Shown piece by piece: positions 28,501 through 40,716 of a stretch of DNA of 64,000 bases. A program made the position numbers and the translations under genes. The notes under the pieces were generated by a model, which was given only the letters and a program-made list of their open reading frames with translations, made no database searches and was not told the DNA's origin. Position 1 is the first letter of the stretch, and each line of letters opens with the position of its first letter. The DNA comes from Sphagnum compactum (taxonomy: Eukaryota): NCBI GenBank assembly GCA_965153455.1, contig OZ234494.1, positions 372,001 to 436,000 on the forward strand. The letters are read 5' to 3'.

Positions 28501-29071
28501 CCCCCCAAAATTAGGAAGCCGCTAGGTGCTCACACCTGGAGCTGAGCATTCGAATCATTATCATTTGCAAGGAGGCCATGAGGATTAACCACTTGATTAG
28601 TGCGTCGATCCTCAAGGTGCTGTCGAAACCCTGAAGACTACTCGTTACATGGACACAGTTTCTACCTCTAAGTTGTGGGACGCAATTCCCTTACATTCTT
28701 ACTTCAGAGTAGGATGTTTCCGGTGACCGCCACAATAGATAGTCGACCAATCCGGATACCACTTGATGCGCAGTGCAGTGACTACCTACTTGAATATCAG
28801 GAGTGTCAAGCTTTGAACTCGCGGCAACAGCAAGGTGACCATGAGAGAGCCCTGACCATTCCTTTAAAGAAAAACAAAGGAAAAAAAGAGCAAAGAGAAT
28901 TGTTATCTTGAGTGACGAACACATACCAAACGTGTAAGACTGGCCAGAAATCGTAGAGCCAGAAGCATTGCAGAGCGCAATTGAGTTGGGACCAAGCTTC
29001 CATGGACTCCCCTTCGTCGCTTCCGCCTTGCTCAACGGCCGCACCCGTATCGTCACTGAAATCTTCTCCAT
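13554..29071 (-). CDS. KIN7O: Kinesin-7 family motor protein (KIN-7O / CENP-E-like) with a very long coiled-coil stalk
   Basis: ATG at 29071 ([13 protein letters not shown]). Motor exons 28927-29071, 28247-28336, 27988-28106 (P-loop GQTSSGKT), 27776-27889 (SYMEIYNE), 27544-27625, 27292-27359 (SSRSH), 27090-27176, 26787-26932 (DLAGSE), 26475-26577 ([14 protein letters not shown]), 26293-26373. Neck 26115-26183, then 25665-25724, 25342-25509 ([20 protein letters not shown] segment as in KIN-7O) and 25138-25197 (RRETWCP). Many coiled-coil exons follow, including 22518-23444, ~20282-21286 and 16851-~17312. Tail exons ~14587-14778, 14066-14197 and 13554-~13814 end ...SDKENL*. Stalk exon boundaries are less certain. 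Confidence 0.93.
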
Positions 29072-29488
29072 TTCTTCTAAAAAAAAGCTCAAGCTACAAG
29101 CTCAAATCGGGCAACATACTTGCAATCTGCTTTCTCCCAAGAGAACACACGCTCCGGAAGTTGACGATCAACTGCACTGCAAAAAATGGGGGGGGGAAGA
29201 AAAACCCGCAGCAGCACCGAACTCGTGAAATTTGAAGAAGGAGACGTAACGGGACAGACGAGCGTTTGCCGCCTTCTTCCGAGCCGCGCGCGGGGACGCA
29301 TCGACAGCAGCTCCGGCATTGCCTCGGAGGCAGCTCCGGCAAATAAATAGTAACTAGTTCCTGGTAAATAAAATAGGGGAAAAAAAAAATAAAAATTCAC
29401 TTCCAGGTGAAGTAGCACCTACACTGGTTACTACCTCCACCTTCTCGAGTAAGGCCTCTTAAGGTTCGTTCACACTTAGAGTTAATTA

Positions 29489-29673
29489 TGGTGCATTCAC
29501 ACTTGATGTTAAGTCAGTGTTAAATGAAAATCTAGGTGGCACCCAATGTTAAATGGGCCCATAGCTCAATGTTAAGTGAATGTTAGCTTAACATAAAATT
29601 TTCATGGCAACTAGGCTTAAGTCCTAAATGGGTAGCATGGTGGTAGTCCCTAACACCAAGTGTGAATGCACCT
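29489..29673. mobile_element. Tourist-like (PIF/Harbinger) MITE, copy 1
   Basis: Perfect 16-bp TIR GGTGCATTCACACTTG / CAAGTGTGAATGCACC with TTA on both flanks (TSD); about 420 bp upstream of the kinesin ATG. Confidence 0.85.
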
Positions 29674-31872
29674 TTAGAGTGGTTAGGTTTACTTTGAGTA
29701 ACATCTAGTTAACTAAACCTTAACAAGTACCACCCATTTGCATAGCCCTAATAATCTATGCAAAAAATAGGCCATGTCATGGATCCATACCACTTGCAAT
29801 TTTACAAACTGCCCAAAATCTTTGAGCATCAGGATTTTTCCAGAAAGCCCAATTTTTTTGAGCCTCACTGGTCTAGCATGGCAATTCCACCAACAACAAC
29901 TCTCAATTTTTAAGAATGAAATCCACCCAAATCTCACATATAACTTCAAAGAAGTTGGACAAAAAGAAAACAAGAATCCACCTATCTCACTGACAAATAG
30001 ACTTGATAAGCTCCAGAGCTCTCTCTAGTCTCTCCCATTCTTCCTCTTCAAAGCTCCCACAGTTGTGGGTACTCCTTTCCCATGAACACCAGAACTTATT
30101 GTATCCCAAACCAAATGACAATACTCACCACAAGAAACTGAATTGCGGTGAGGTCTCTCTAGACTTGAATTGCGATATAAACTACTCTCAAATCCCCTCA
30201 CACTTTCATCATCTGCCTCATTTGGTCCCTCCATTGCGCATCTAATCTGTCTAACTTCCAAAAGAGAGCTATGGCACAGCAGAAAAGAAACACAATCCTC
30301 TACTGGAAGGCTCAAACAATAGTAAAGGGCATTCATCCCTTACCGCACAGCTACTGTCAGATTTACATTCTCCAAACTCAAACACACCCAAGCACACATA
30401 CATCCTGGTGACAACCTTCCTTCCTTCCCAAAACTCAAAAGATTTAGCTAGCAGAAAAACTTAGCTTCTCTAGATTGGAAGCTCTACCTTATACTTGCCA
30501 TCCACCATCTTCCATTATGCATTCTATCCAAAGATAGCATAACACTCCAAGTTGATCAACGTCGAGCGCCACACATTTCATGAAGAATGCAACATTTCTG
30601 TTTCAACATTTGTTGTATTGTTCTAGTTTTGAATTCTGTTGCAGAACTCTTAAATCTGTTTATTCACCTCCGATAATTAGTGATATTGCTGCAATAGGAA
30701 TTTGTTTAAGACTTAAAGTAACTTTGAGAGTTTTGTCATATCCTGCTCAAAGTCATTTTGATAGACGTGTTTTTTTCTACAAGTGTTTTCCAACTTCTAG
30801 AGAGTTTTGTTACCACAGAGTTTTGCAGAATTTTCTGCTGGAGTACTACTCCTAGACTTCTTTCAGAAACATTAATTCACTCAGTAGATTTACCAAGTGG
30901 TAGACCTTACAGTCCCACTGTCCCTCTGGCACTGCACTAATGATGCAAACTGTGAATTGGGCATTTTCCAGCAGAGAGGAGGAGGAAGACTCAGGCACAT
31001 GAGTTCCCACCTTTCTCCACACAGTAGATGGTCACCCAACTGCACTTTTACAGAAGATTCTGTAGCATTGATTCATTGCATGTGAATTCAATTAACAACC
31101 AGTTTAGGTGACTGGACGTTCATGTTTTATATTAACTGCTAAGGCCAAAGCTAAGGAGTGGGTTGCAGGAGCAGTCTGAACAACAGTGAATTGCATTCTC
31201 TTAGACACTCACCAGCAACATGTATGGTATTAACCAACTACAATAACATTCTCACCTGCACCCATTGGGTTCATCATCGCTTGGCATTGGGCAGAGGCCA
31301 ATGTCATTCATTAACCAACATACAAAGTTTCTGTCACAAGAGTAACAGTAACAGAAGCAGTTGGTCATGATATTGGCTAGACTCAACAGAATCTAGAAGA
31401 GGAGAGGACCAAAGAAATCAAGAGTAAAAGAGGAACACAAAAAAGAGACAGGAAGAACCCAAACAAGACAAGAGGAAGGAAAAACAGAGAAATGGACTTC
31501 TTCCACCCCACATATATAGGTTGGCAAACTCAGTGAAGAGAAGTGCTATAAGAATATTTTATATTTGTGTGCATTCAAGTTTAGTTCTAAGAGCACAACA
31601 GACTGTGCTCCTTTAGACACACCCAGATCAAATATCTAATAACTCTCCTATCTATGAGCTGTATCTAACTACCAGCTGCACAAAGCCCTATTTCAGCTTG
31701 AGCAGGTTCTATGTGTATGTTGGGGCAGAGAATTTGGGAAGGACAGAGATATTGCTGCAGATAGCTGCAGTTAACATTTTTGGATTATTATCTAGGATCT
31801 AGTCTTGAAAAAGACAAAATCATTTTGAAGCTCAATGTTTGACGCTGCATAACTATCCTACACTTGCCTAGC

Positions 31873-34477
31873 TCAAGGTGGGTTTGTGGGCCAATCCTCA
31901 GGTGATGGTAATGCTGCTCGTCTCCTGCTTCCTGAGCCTGCAATATCCCTCCCCAATACTCAGCCTTCCATTCATCTTTCACACACACACACACACACAC
32001 ACATTCTTTTTGTACCTCAGTATTAACTTGCTTCTACCCTGGAACTAGAAAACAGCTCACTCCCAAATTTACGTGCATTAGGTCACCCAGATCTATTTGT
32101 CTTAAATACCACTACTGGAATGCTGACATGACACCATATGGCTAAAAAGTACAGAGAAAACCGGAAAGAAGAATATAACGCACATTTATCTATAGTTCCC
32201 TCTTTTCCGAGCTTCTAGATAAAGGTTCTCAAACTCCCCTCTCAAAGGAGGGGACATACCACCATTGTAACTGCTTCCAATTCCAAGTGGCCGTGTCTTG
32301 TTCCAGCGTGGCAGCATCTTCTCGTGCTCTTCCCATGTCCTCTCAAAATCAGGTATTTCCTCTGCAAAATCCATTTCACACAAATACCAGCCCATCACAC
32401 TACTGCTTTCTACCCTGTGCAGATGAATCCAATATTTACTGATATTGGACAGCATGCTAATGAAGGACTAAGGACCCTGGTGCCCAATCTAGTTCTCTAT
32501 ACTGTTGTTCTGTGATGAGTCATGCAGAAGTCATGCAGATTATACTGACCTTCATTCAGATTATGCAGTGTATCCAGTCTTTCTTCTCGGCCCTCTGATG
32601 TGCGCTTCCGAGTTACTGACAAACCCTGTTCAATTACCAAGTTAACATCTTCAGCTTGAACAGGAGTTCAGTGCTAGAACATCTCATACACAAACCCAGT
32701 TGTATCTGCTTGCAATAAACAAAAATCATACACTGGTTCTAATGGATGACTATTTTGCACATAAATCCCACTTGCCTGTTTGTGATAAACTCCAAAAACT
32801 TACCTTCTCACCAACACCACGTGAAACACGCTTAGTCTCCTTCCCTGACCTGGGGTCCTTCTCCTGAAACTCTTCTTCAATCACCTGTCGTTCACAACAT
32901 TCCAACACAAAATTCATCAAGCTGGTGTTACTCAAAATGCTCACTCAAGAACCCAAACTGAGCATTTGAATTGAAGAAACAGAAATATCCAGAAAACAGA
33001 TTTGAAAGAGGATGGTGAGGATCCAGCATTTACCCCATTGGGACCCATGCGTCTGGTGGCTGATGTTGAGTAGTGAACGCCATTAGGTCCACCATATGAA
33101 ACTGAAGAGCTCTGAAAGCTGAAACTCTGTGTGTGATTGTTATGTGAGGTTGACAATGGTCCCTGTTGCTGTATGATTCTTGATTGTCGGGGCAGCTCAC
33201 TTGCTGACATGTGACGACAACATGGGTTATTATTTACAATCCACCATGTGTTGAAGTGAAGACTCCTTTAGGTTAATAATCGGGCTAGAGAATGTCATAA
33301 TTTTTGTTACTGTTCAACCCTTTGAGCAACACCCAATAAGATTAAGCAAGCAAAGAAAGAAAAGCTGGCAGTGTGTTAGATAGATAATCATGTACCAGGC
33401 CCAACATCATCATCTGGATGCTCTATGATAGGTTCTTGACTTGATTGTGCTTGTACATGTTCATGTGGATGTTCCGCATCATCAGGGAGCTCTTCGATGA
33501 TTGGACCTCTCCTATGCTCATCCTGTGACCACAAACAAAATGAGTGATTCTCTCACACTCAGAGATGTTTTCTGAGTCCACAATTATATGCACAGCTTTT
33601 GACCAAGGGCTTTCACAACCTGAAGCTCTTTACTGACATGACATGACAACCCGAAGTAGCAGATGGAAACTGCTACTGAGCCACACTATCATCATGCGAC
33701 GCTCACTACATGAAAGAGCCAAGTTTACAGTTTCCTCCATGTTGTCTGTGGTATTCCAAAAGACTAAGTCCCTGATCTGGAACATATGGATTGTCAAAAT
33801 CACAAAGCACAGCAGAAACAAGCATTACCGAAACCCGGGGGGGGGGGGGGAAACAGCAGACATCGAAAAACGTCGATGAGATTGCAGACGACAAACTCCA
33901 CAAAAACCACTGAACCAAACCCCAGAGGACTTCCTGAATCTAAGAGAGGACAAATTCACAACCAGGAACCCTCAAGACGAGAAACCGACGATACCGAACG
34001 TTCAACTAAAAACTGGTAGAACTCCTGAGAAGCCTCGGCAAATTTCTCTCCACCTAAACAAGAAACCCCGCCGCTCCTCCTAGCACAACAGAAGAAACAA
34101 AAACCTTGCAAAACAAAAAACCGATCACATACCCCCTGTGGATTGTGAGGCTGGTTGTGGAGGTAAACAGCCTGACGCGGCTCGAAAGGTGGCTGCGGCA
34201 AGCCGAAAAACGGATGTCCTAGTCCACCACGAGAACCAAAAAAGGAACCGAAGGAGCCTCCGAAAGGTCTAGTGAAAAACGGATCACTGAAGAACGGATC
34301 GTTATCGAACACATCAAACAAACTCCTCATTCCTCCCTGGGAGCCGAACCCCGCACCACCACCACCACCACCACCGACACCACCACGACCTCCTCCCATC
34401 ATCCCGAATCCAAAATTGGCAAACGGATCCGGAAAACCATCAAAAGGCCCCGGCCGATTTCCTCCTCCCCCCTGCAT
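31873..34477 (-). CDS. Myeloid leukemia factor (MLF)-family, glycine-rich protein
   Basis: Exons 34133-34477, 33396-33522, 33034-33203, 32804-32884, 32550-32625, 32260-32361 and 31873-31937 join in frame: MQGGGG..DPFANFGFG..DNDPFFSDPFFTRPFGG..GPIIEELPDD..EPIIEHPDD..SFSFQSSSVSYGGPNGVHYSTSATRRMGPNG..RVSRGVGEKGLSVTRKR..LHNLNEEEIPDFERTW..ALPS..*. These are plant MLF-like motifs. The last exon is less certain. Confidence 0.85.
31981..32003. repeat. (AC)n microsatellite in the last MLF intron
   Basis: Direct reading. Confidence 0.9.
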
Positions 34478-34785
34478 CTCTCTCCCTAATCTTTAGTTCT
34501 CTTATCTGAACTGGAAAGGCCACCAACTCCTCCGCTTACTCCCTCCCCTTCGCACTACTTACACACACGGCTACTGAAACAAAACCTTTTCTATCACAAG
34601 AAAGGACTTGCACAGGATTTCACAGACCGCAAAAGGACTGATCTGCTATCTTCTCCTCCACCGCAAGACACAGATACACGGACACCGAGCGCGAGCGCAC
34701 AAGCGCTTGCGTATTTGACCATCCGCGAATGCACATTGAAATACGTCCGAGTGCGAAAATGCACCTCCAAATACGGCTGAAGACG

Positions 34786-34927
34786 GCGAATTCCACGATT
34801 ACGGTACAATACGCCAAACTGCGAATTCCACGAATTCTGTACAATACCACCCAGTGCGACTTTCCAGAAATGTTGTACAATACGATCACCTGAATACTTT
34901 CCAGAATACCATATAATACGAATAGCT
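34786..34927. promoter_or_regulatory. 35-bp tandem repeat x4 in the CpG-rich upstream region of the MLF gene
   Basis: Units start at 34786, 34821, 34856 and ~34892 (GCGAATTCCACGA..GTACAATAC..); units 3 and 4 contain TTCCAGAA. The repeat is seen directly; a regulatory role is inferred. Confidence 0.55.
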
Positions 34928-37900
34928 GAGAATATACGAATACTGTACAAGAATAGTTAAATTGTGTAATAGGGCTCGATGGGTTTGTGCGAATTTTAGA
35001 GCACCAATGGCAAATACTACAAAGGGACCACCTTTTTTCAATGTTTAATAGAATAGGGTTGTTTGTAAATCTGAAGATTTTTTTTTAAAAATTATATATT
35101 TTATTTTTTAAAAAAAATTTCCAGGCAAATGGGGTTGTTGGATTTGGTTGTCTGAATTTGTTTTTTTTTTAAATTGTATCTTGAGTGAATTAACTGGTAA
35201 AGCCCTTTGCCATGGGCTTTATCCTACACATAATGCCTCTATCATCAGACTTAGCCTCACATAGAAACCTTCCAACCTAATCAAGTTATTTGTAAAGTAT
35301 CTTAAATTTGGCTCCAAAACCTTGTGTTTCAGCAATACATGGGTCAAAATGCAATTCATAACATGAAAAGTTTAGAAAGCAATTCAATAAGTAAGAAATT
35401 TCATTTTTGCACTCAAACAGGATTGGTTAGGATTGGTCTTCAATATCAAAATGCCTTCAGAGCATTCTTACATAACATGCATGGACGTCAAAACTCAAAA
35501 CATTTTTATGGAACATAAGGGAACAATTAAAATAATGTGGCTTCACCAACATCCAATATTTTGGAGAACATTCAAAGTCTCTTCATAAAAAATTGAGGAT
35601 TCTAAAAACGAGTGAGAGAAAAAGAAAAAGAGACAAAAAGTGGAGCTATAGTGGTGGTCGTAAACTATAACATAGGGTTTTAAGGATTTCAAAGAAAGAA
35701 GAAATTGGAGAGGTTAGCTTTTAGTTTTGCATTAAAGTGGTTCTTATTTTGGAAAGTTTAAGTGGAGGTGTTTGTTATAATGAATTGTGGGTACAAGATT
35801 TCCTCAAGGGATTATTATGATAATGAATTTAGTGTGTAGTTGTTGACTATGTTTTATGTTGACATAAAGTGATTATAATTTTAGTTGTGTGAAATTTTTT
35901 ATTTAAGTGCTTAGTGTAATTTTGGTGTTTTGCACTTGACCATGTCTTGTTGGGTCATTTATATTACAACTATGGGTAACATGTAAATCAAAAGTCCATG
36001 TACTTATTAATAAATTAATAACTTATTAATTTTGCTATGGGTACTTTGGTTGTTACCAATTGTTCATTTGATGGATAGACTAGGATTTAAAATTTCTCTT
36101 TTATATGCTATAGATATTACTTTTCATGTCTTCAAAGTGGGTTTTATTTGCTAATTGGTGGTTGCATTTGAGTGCTAGACTTTTTCCATCCATAACTTAC
36201 TAAAGATCTATGTTGTAAGTTGTATATGTTTTTGAAGGTGGCTTTCTTTGGTAAGGGCACTTGAATCATTGAACCTTTTCTCATATTGTTGCAATATAAG
36301 TGCTTGTTCTTGGGGCATGGGGTATATTTGATCAAGGCATTAAGGTGAGGCTTTCGAGGAAAAGTCACACATCTAGCAACCCCAAGGAAAACAACAACCT
36401 AGGCATTTTAATTTCAAGCTTTGGATATGGATTTTGAATTGGAGGAACTAGTGTATTAAAAGTCACACCACATGTCTAAGTCCATCTATATGATTTCTTA
36501 TTGTGGCCATTCAACTAACTTGTATACGAATCAAGATATTTTTTAAATGTCATATTTGTTTACAAAAAAGGCATACTCGAACTTGGAAGACAATGTTTGT
36601 TGTTGTGATGACAATGGCCATTCAATTGGACTGAAAAATGTACATCAGTTTGTTCTTATCACCAACATATGCGATTAAATGATGTCATGTTCTAGGAACC
36701 TATCTAAACATTAAATATTTTTTTTACCAAACCAAAACCTATCCAACATGATTTTCCATTTTTTGTAAATCTACTGACTTTTTTCTCCAAAAAAAAAAGT
36801 GATCAAATATTCTCATTTCACATTTGTGCAAATTTTCAAACCAAAAAAAAAAACTAGTCGTGACATGTGTGTTTGAATGTTTTCAATCACAACGTCACAT
36901 TTGGAAAGAATTACATGAATTTTTACATATGATGGGTGCCATAACTATTTTTTTAAAAATAATTTCATATTTAATATTGTGGATTATGGATTGGTGACAA
37001 AGTCACTTGGGGCTGGGTGCACATTTGAGGAGGTGGCAAAGAAAACAAATTGTCAAAAGATGAATATGAATTTTTGACAACCAAGCTAGGGTGAATTGTC
37101 TTACCTAGTTTCTACTGGGCAAAATCCCTTGAAGCTATTATATAATGACTCTCAACACCATATCCCTGCCAACAAAGGAATAGTCTCAAAATTGAGAGTT
37201 GTTGCTTTATGTTGCAATGGTAGATGTGCAAAAACCACCCAAGTGTAAGAATGAACTCAAGTGTTTTGAACATCAGTGTTAAATGAACTTATGAAAAGAT
37301 CACATCATGTAAATGTATTGTAGTTTTATCTATGTATCGTTTGAAATCTAATAAGTTAATAATTAATTATCAATTTTAGAAGTGATTGACATCTTGTGTT
37401 GCATTTGTCGCAAAATGTTTAGTTTTGGGACCATATTGGGCCATCATTTACCATTAAAAGGGGAACATCACTGAATGTAAACAAAAATCTTGAAATATTG
37501 AAAATTGAAAAAACTATTTGTCACATGTTGCCTTGAAATTACCATTGTGCGATAAAGTTTTGAAAATAATCGAGGCGTTTTGACAATATTATGTTGCACA
37601 AATAGGCCACTATCAAATGTTAAGTTGTTTGCAAGTTTGCACTATGATGAAATTTGCTTTTACAAATTGTAGTCCCAAAGAGGTTTGTGTACCATATTTA
37701 GTGTTAAGCTATTTGAGAAAATTTGCTTTTTAATCAAATCAATTTTGAGTAATTTTTATCATTTTCATAATATGAAACATAATGAACTATTTGTATTGTG
37801 TCCAAACTATTTGCATATGCAACATATATATTATGTGTAGACTAGGGGATACAAGTCAAATTTGCAAATACATTATTTTTGTGAAATTGCACAAACCTAG

Positions 37901-39438
37901 ATTGTACACCTAAAGTCTTGTCTTTGATGGTAGAGGATCAACTATAACTGAAGACTTTCAAAAATGTAAATACATTATACAACTGAGATTGAAATCCGCA
38001 AACTAAAGATTGAAACAGATAATTGGCAAGCTTCTATCTCCTCGGACATGGTAATGAGATATCTAAATCATCAGATCTTTTGAAGCTTGATATTACAACC
38101 CAAATTGCAAAAGGTTGGGCTTCAATCTACATTCTAAGCTTTAATGGAACAATCAAAGAAATGTGACTGTGAAAAACATGGAAACTTTCTCTATTACATT
38201 AGGGCCCTTCACTTGCCAACATATGAATTTTGATCAGTTGAGATAATCTCTAATTTCGGTCCAACCCTGATGTTTGTTTAAGACAATAAGATAAAGCACT
38301 TGCCAACACATGAATTTCCATCCAACCCTACCATTTATTTGGAAACAATCACACAAACCAATTCCAACCTATAGAAACTCAGTCCAACCTTAATTATGTT
38401 CATTAAAACTCAATCACACCAACACAATTGCTTCTGCATGATCCATTCTCCCATATCAAAAGCACCAAGATTGTTCACAGAAAATCAATTGATAAGAGAT
38501 CATGAAGATCCGATCATACAAGAATTCATTTTTTACATGTACAAACAACTAAAACAAATTCACATGGTGAGGAATACAACAATACTTTAGTACAGAATTA
38601 TTTTAGAGATTTACAAAACAACACAATTTTTGGGCTACTCCCTAAAATTGTGACATCTAGGGGCACTCATCTACAATGAAATCTGAGATTTTCTTTGTCT
38701 TCTTTTATCAGACTTCATTTTGCCTACCATCACCCCTTTTCAATCATAATTGTGTACAAGACATTATGGAAAAAAAAAATTCAATACAAATCATGACCCT
38801 CCCCTAAATTGTTGTAACAAAATGAATTTGTTCATGAATTTGGCATTTGATCCCAATGAATCAAAATATGTTTCAGATTCAGAACTGACTTTCAAACTCA
38901 AAAGTTTTGCATTTCTTTTGGATTCCTTCAGAAATGGTTTTAGATTCATTCAGATATGGTTTTTTAGATTCCTTCAGAAGTGGTTGCTAGATTCTTTCAG
39001 ACGAGGTTTTTAGATTAAAGAGAAGTGTGAAATCAGACATCTTTTTCAGATTCAGATTCTAAAATTTTCAAGAAACGAGCAGTTGGAAATCAGATTGACA
39101 TGCGTTTGGTTTTAGATCCATTTCAGATGTGGTTTTTCAAGGAATCAATGTGTTTTTTGATATTCATTCCGTTGTTTTTCTAGATTCACTCAAGTGTGTT
39201 TTTTGGAGTGACTCAGATCCAGAAAAGCATGCTGAGATACTTTGGATTTCAGCATGCTGAGAATCATGAGGTGCTTCTTGAGGTGGTTTCAGATCATGTT
39301 TTTCAATGGAAGGAGAAGAAGTTGAAATGATCAGATTGTGGGTTTTCAAGACAAGGGGAAAAAGTTGAAAGATTCAGACAATGGTCTTTCAAGAGAAGGA
39401 GAAAAAGAAACTGAAGTATACCCACCTTGTGTGTGCTC

Positions 39439-40716
39439 TCATGATGAAAGTGTGGAGGAAACGAAGTGGATTGATGTGAGCAGTTTGATTTCCTTCTCCA
39501 GAGTTTCGATTCTAAGCAGGAGATTGGAGTTGGATTTGGTGAGGATTCCGATCTGTCGGGCTTGTTGCTCCAGGCTATCTCTCAGTTTCTGGATCTCTAC
39601 TTGTAGTAGAGTGTGATGATGAGCTGATTCCGATGACTTCATTTTGTTTACCATCATGAGATTCTTACTTGACAAGAGCTTGCTGTAGCTCAACATGGGT
39701 GTGGAGCAGGCGCTTGAGTCCTTGTGGTGATCCTGATCCTGCTGTAACAACAGCTCCTTATCCTGCTGATTCAAAGCTTGGCACGTTGTTGTATCGCTCT
39801 TGATGATGTCAAGCAACTGGTGGTTGTTGTTGTTGTTCTGCTGCTGCTGCTGTGATGTACTGTTCGGCAGCGCGGCCAGAGGCTTGTACCGCCATTGACT
39901 GATCGTCTGCTGCACGTCCTTGCGAATCTGATTCTTGTTCGGTTCCGACTGTTGATCGGAAGTCGAGTCCTTGTTTGATTGCGATGGAGCGCTCCACAGC
40001 TGCATCGATGAGTTGACGTCGTCTTCTTTCAATTCCGCAGCTCGACGACCACTTTCCTCATCTTCTTCCTCCATCTCATCTATGTCAGATGCACAGCTGA
40101 CGTCACGGTCCAGGTCAAACTTCTTCGACATTGCGTGGTGGTAGGCAGCTGCTGAGCGCCGCGTCTTTTTGCATGCAACAGAGTTCAAGTAGTTGCTTCT
40201 TTGACGTCGAGACTTCGACTGGAAGTTACTTTCAAACACATCTTCTTCACTGATCATGTGCTCTAGGTTCAAAATCTTCAGCAACTTCCTCGCTTGTTGG
40301 ATCTCCTCCTGGGCTGATCTACTGCGGGCTCCTCGTCGTCGATCAGCTGATGATGAGTACTTATGTGACAGCTCCTCCTCCTCTTCAGACGATGATGTCT
40401 CCTGCTCCTCCTCTTCCTCCTCTCCTTCTTCTTCCTCCTCTGTGCACAAACTATGGTCTAGGTCGCTGGTGACCTTTCTCACAGTCTGCTCGTTCTTGAT
40501 CAAAGTTCCCGAGCTTTGTTTACTACTTTTCTTGAGGTTGCCGCCACCGTTGCTGCTGTTGTTCTCCGCCGGGAAACCTCGCAAACTGTCTACCCACAAT
40601 AGAACTTGAGGTGCTAGCCGAGCTCGTGATACGATTGTTGTGCCAGGATTCATTGCGTTTCTACTTTCGTATGGATTGTGTCTCTTGGACATGAATGTGG
40701 AACAACTGTCGTCCAT
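39439..40716 (-). CDS. Uncharacterised 425-aa protein with acidic/poly-Q-N tracts, a bZIP-like basic motif and a C-terminal leucine-zipper-like coiled coil
   Basis: A 1,278-nt uninterrupted ORF with raised GC, poly-E and poly-Q/N tracts, RRQRSNYLNSVACKKTRR and LTKSNSNLLLRIETLEKEIKLL. A TAG|GTC ATG context at the 5' end suggests a splice acceptor just before the ATG. Confidence 0.75.
   Translation of the reverse strand: MDDSCSTFMSKRHNPYESRNAMNPGTTIVSRARLAPQVLLWVDSLRGFPAENNSSNGGGNLKKSSKQSSGTLIKNEQTVRKVTSDLDHSLCTEEEEEGEEEEEEQETSSSEEEEELSHKYSSSADRRRGARSRSAQEEIQQARKLLKILNLEHMISEEDVFESNFQSKSRRQRSNYLNSVACKKTRRSAAAYHHAMSKKFDLDRDVSCASDIDEMEEEDEESGRRAAELKEDDVNSSMQLWSAPSQSNKDSTSDQQSEPNKNQIRKDVQQTISQWRYKPLAALPNSTSQQQQQNNNNNHQLLDIIKSDTTTCQALNQQDKELLLQQDQDHHKDSSACSTPMLSYSKLLSSKNLMMVNKMKSSESAHHHTLLQVEIQKLRDSLEQQARQIGILTKSNSNLLLRIETLEKEIKLLTSIHFVSSTLSS

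Noticed and set aside
29031..29255. MSA-like AACGG motifs near the kinesin start
   Set aside because: Imperfect flanks, one lies within the CDS, and 5-mers are expected by chance.
38916..39016. ~23-bp repeat TTTTAGATTC.TTCAGA..GG x4
   Set aside because: Real but low-complexity, downstream of the orphan ORF, with no evidence of function.
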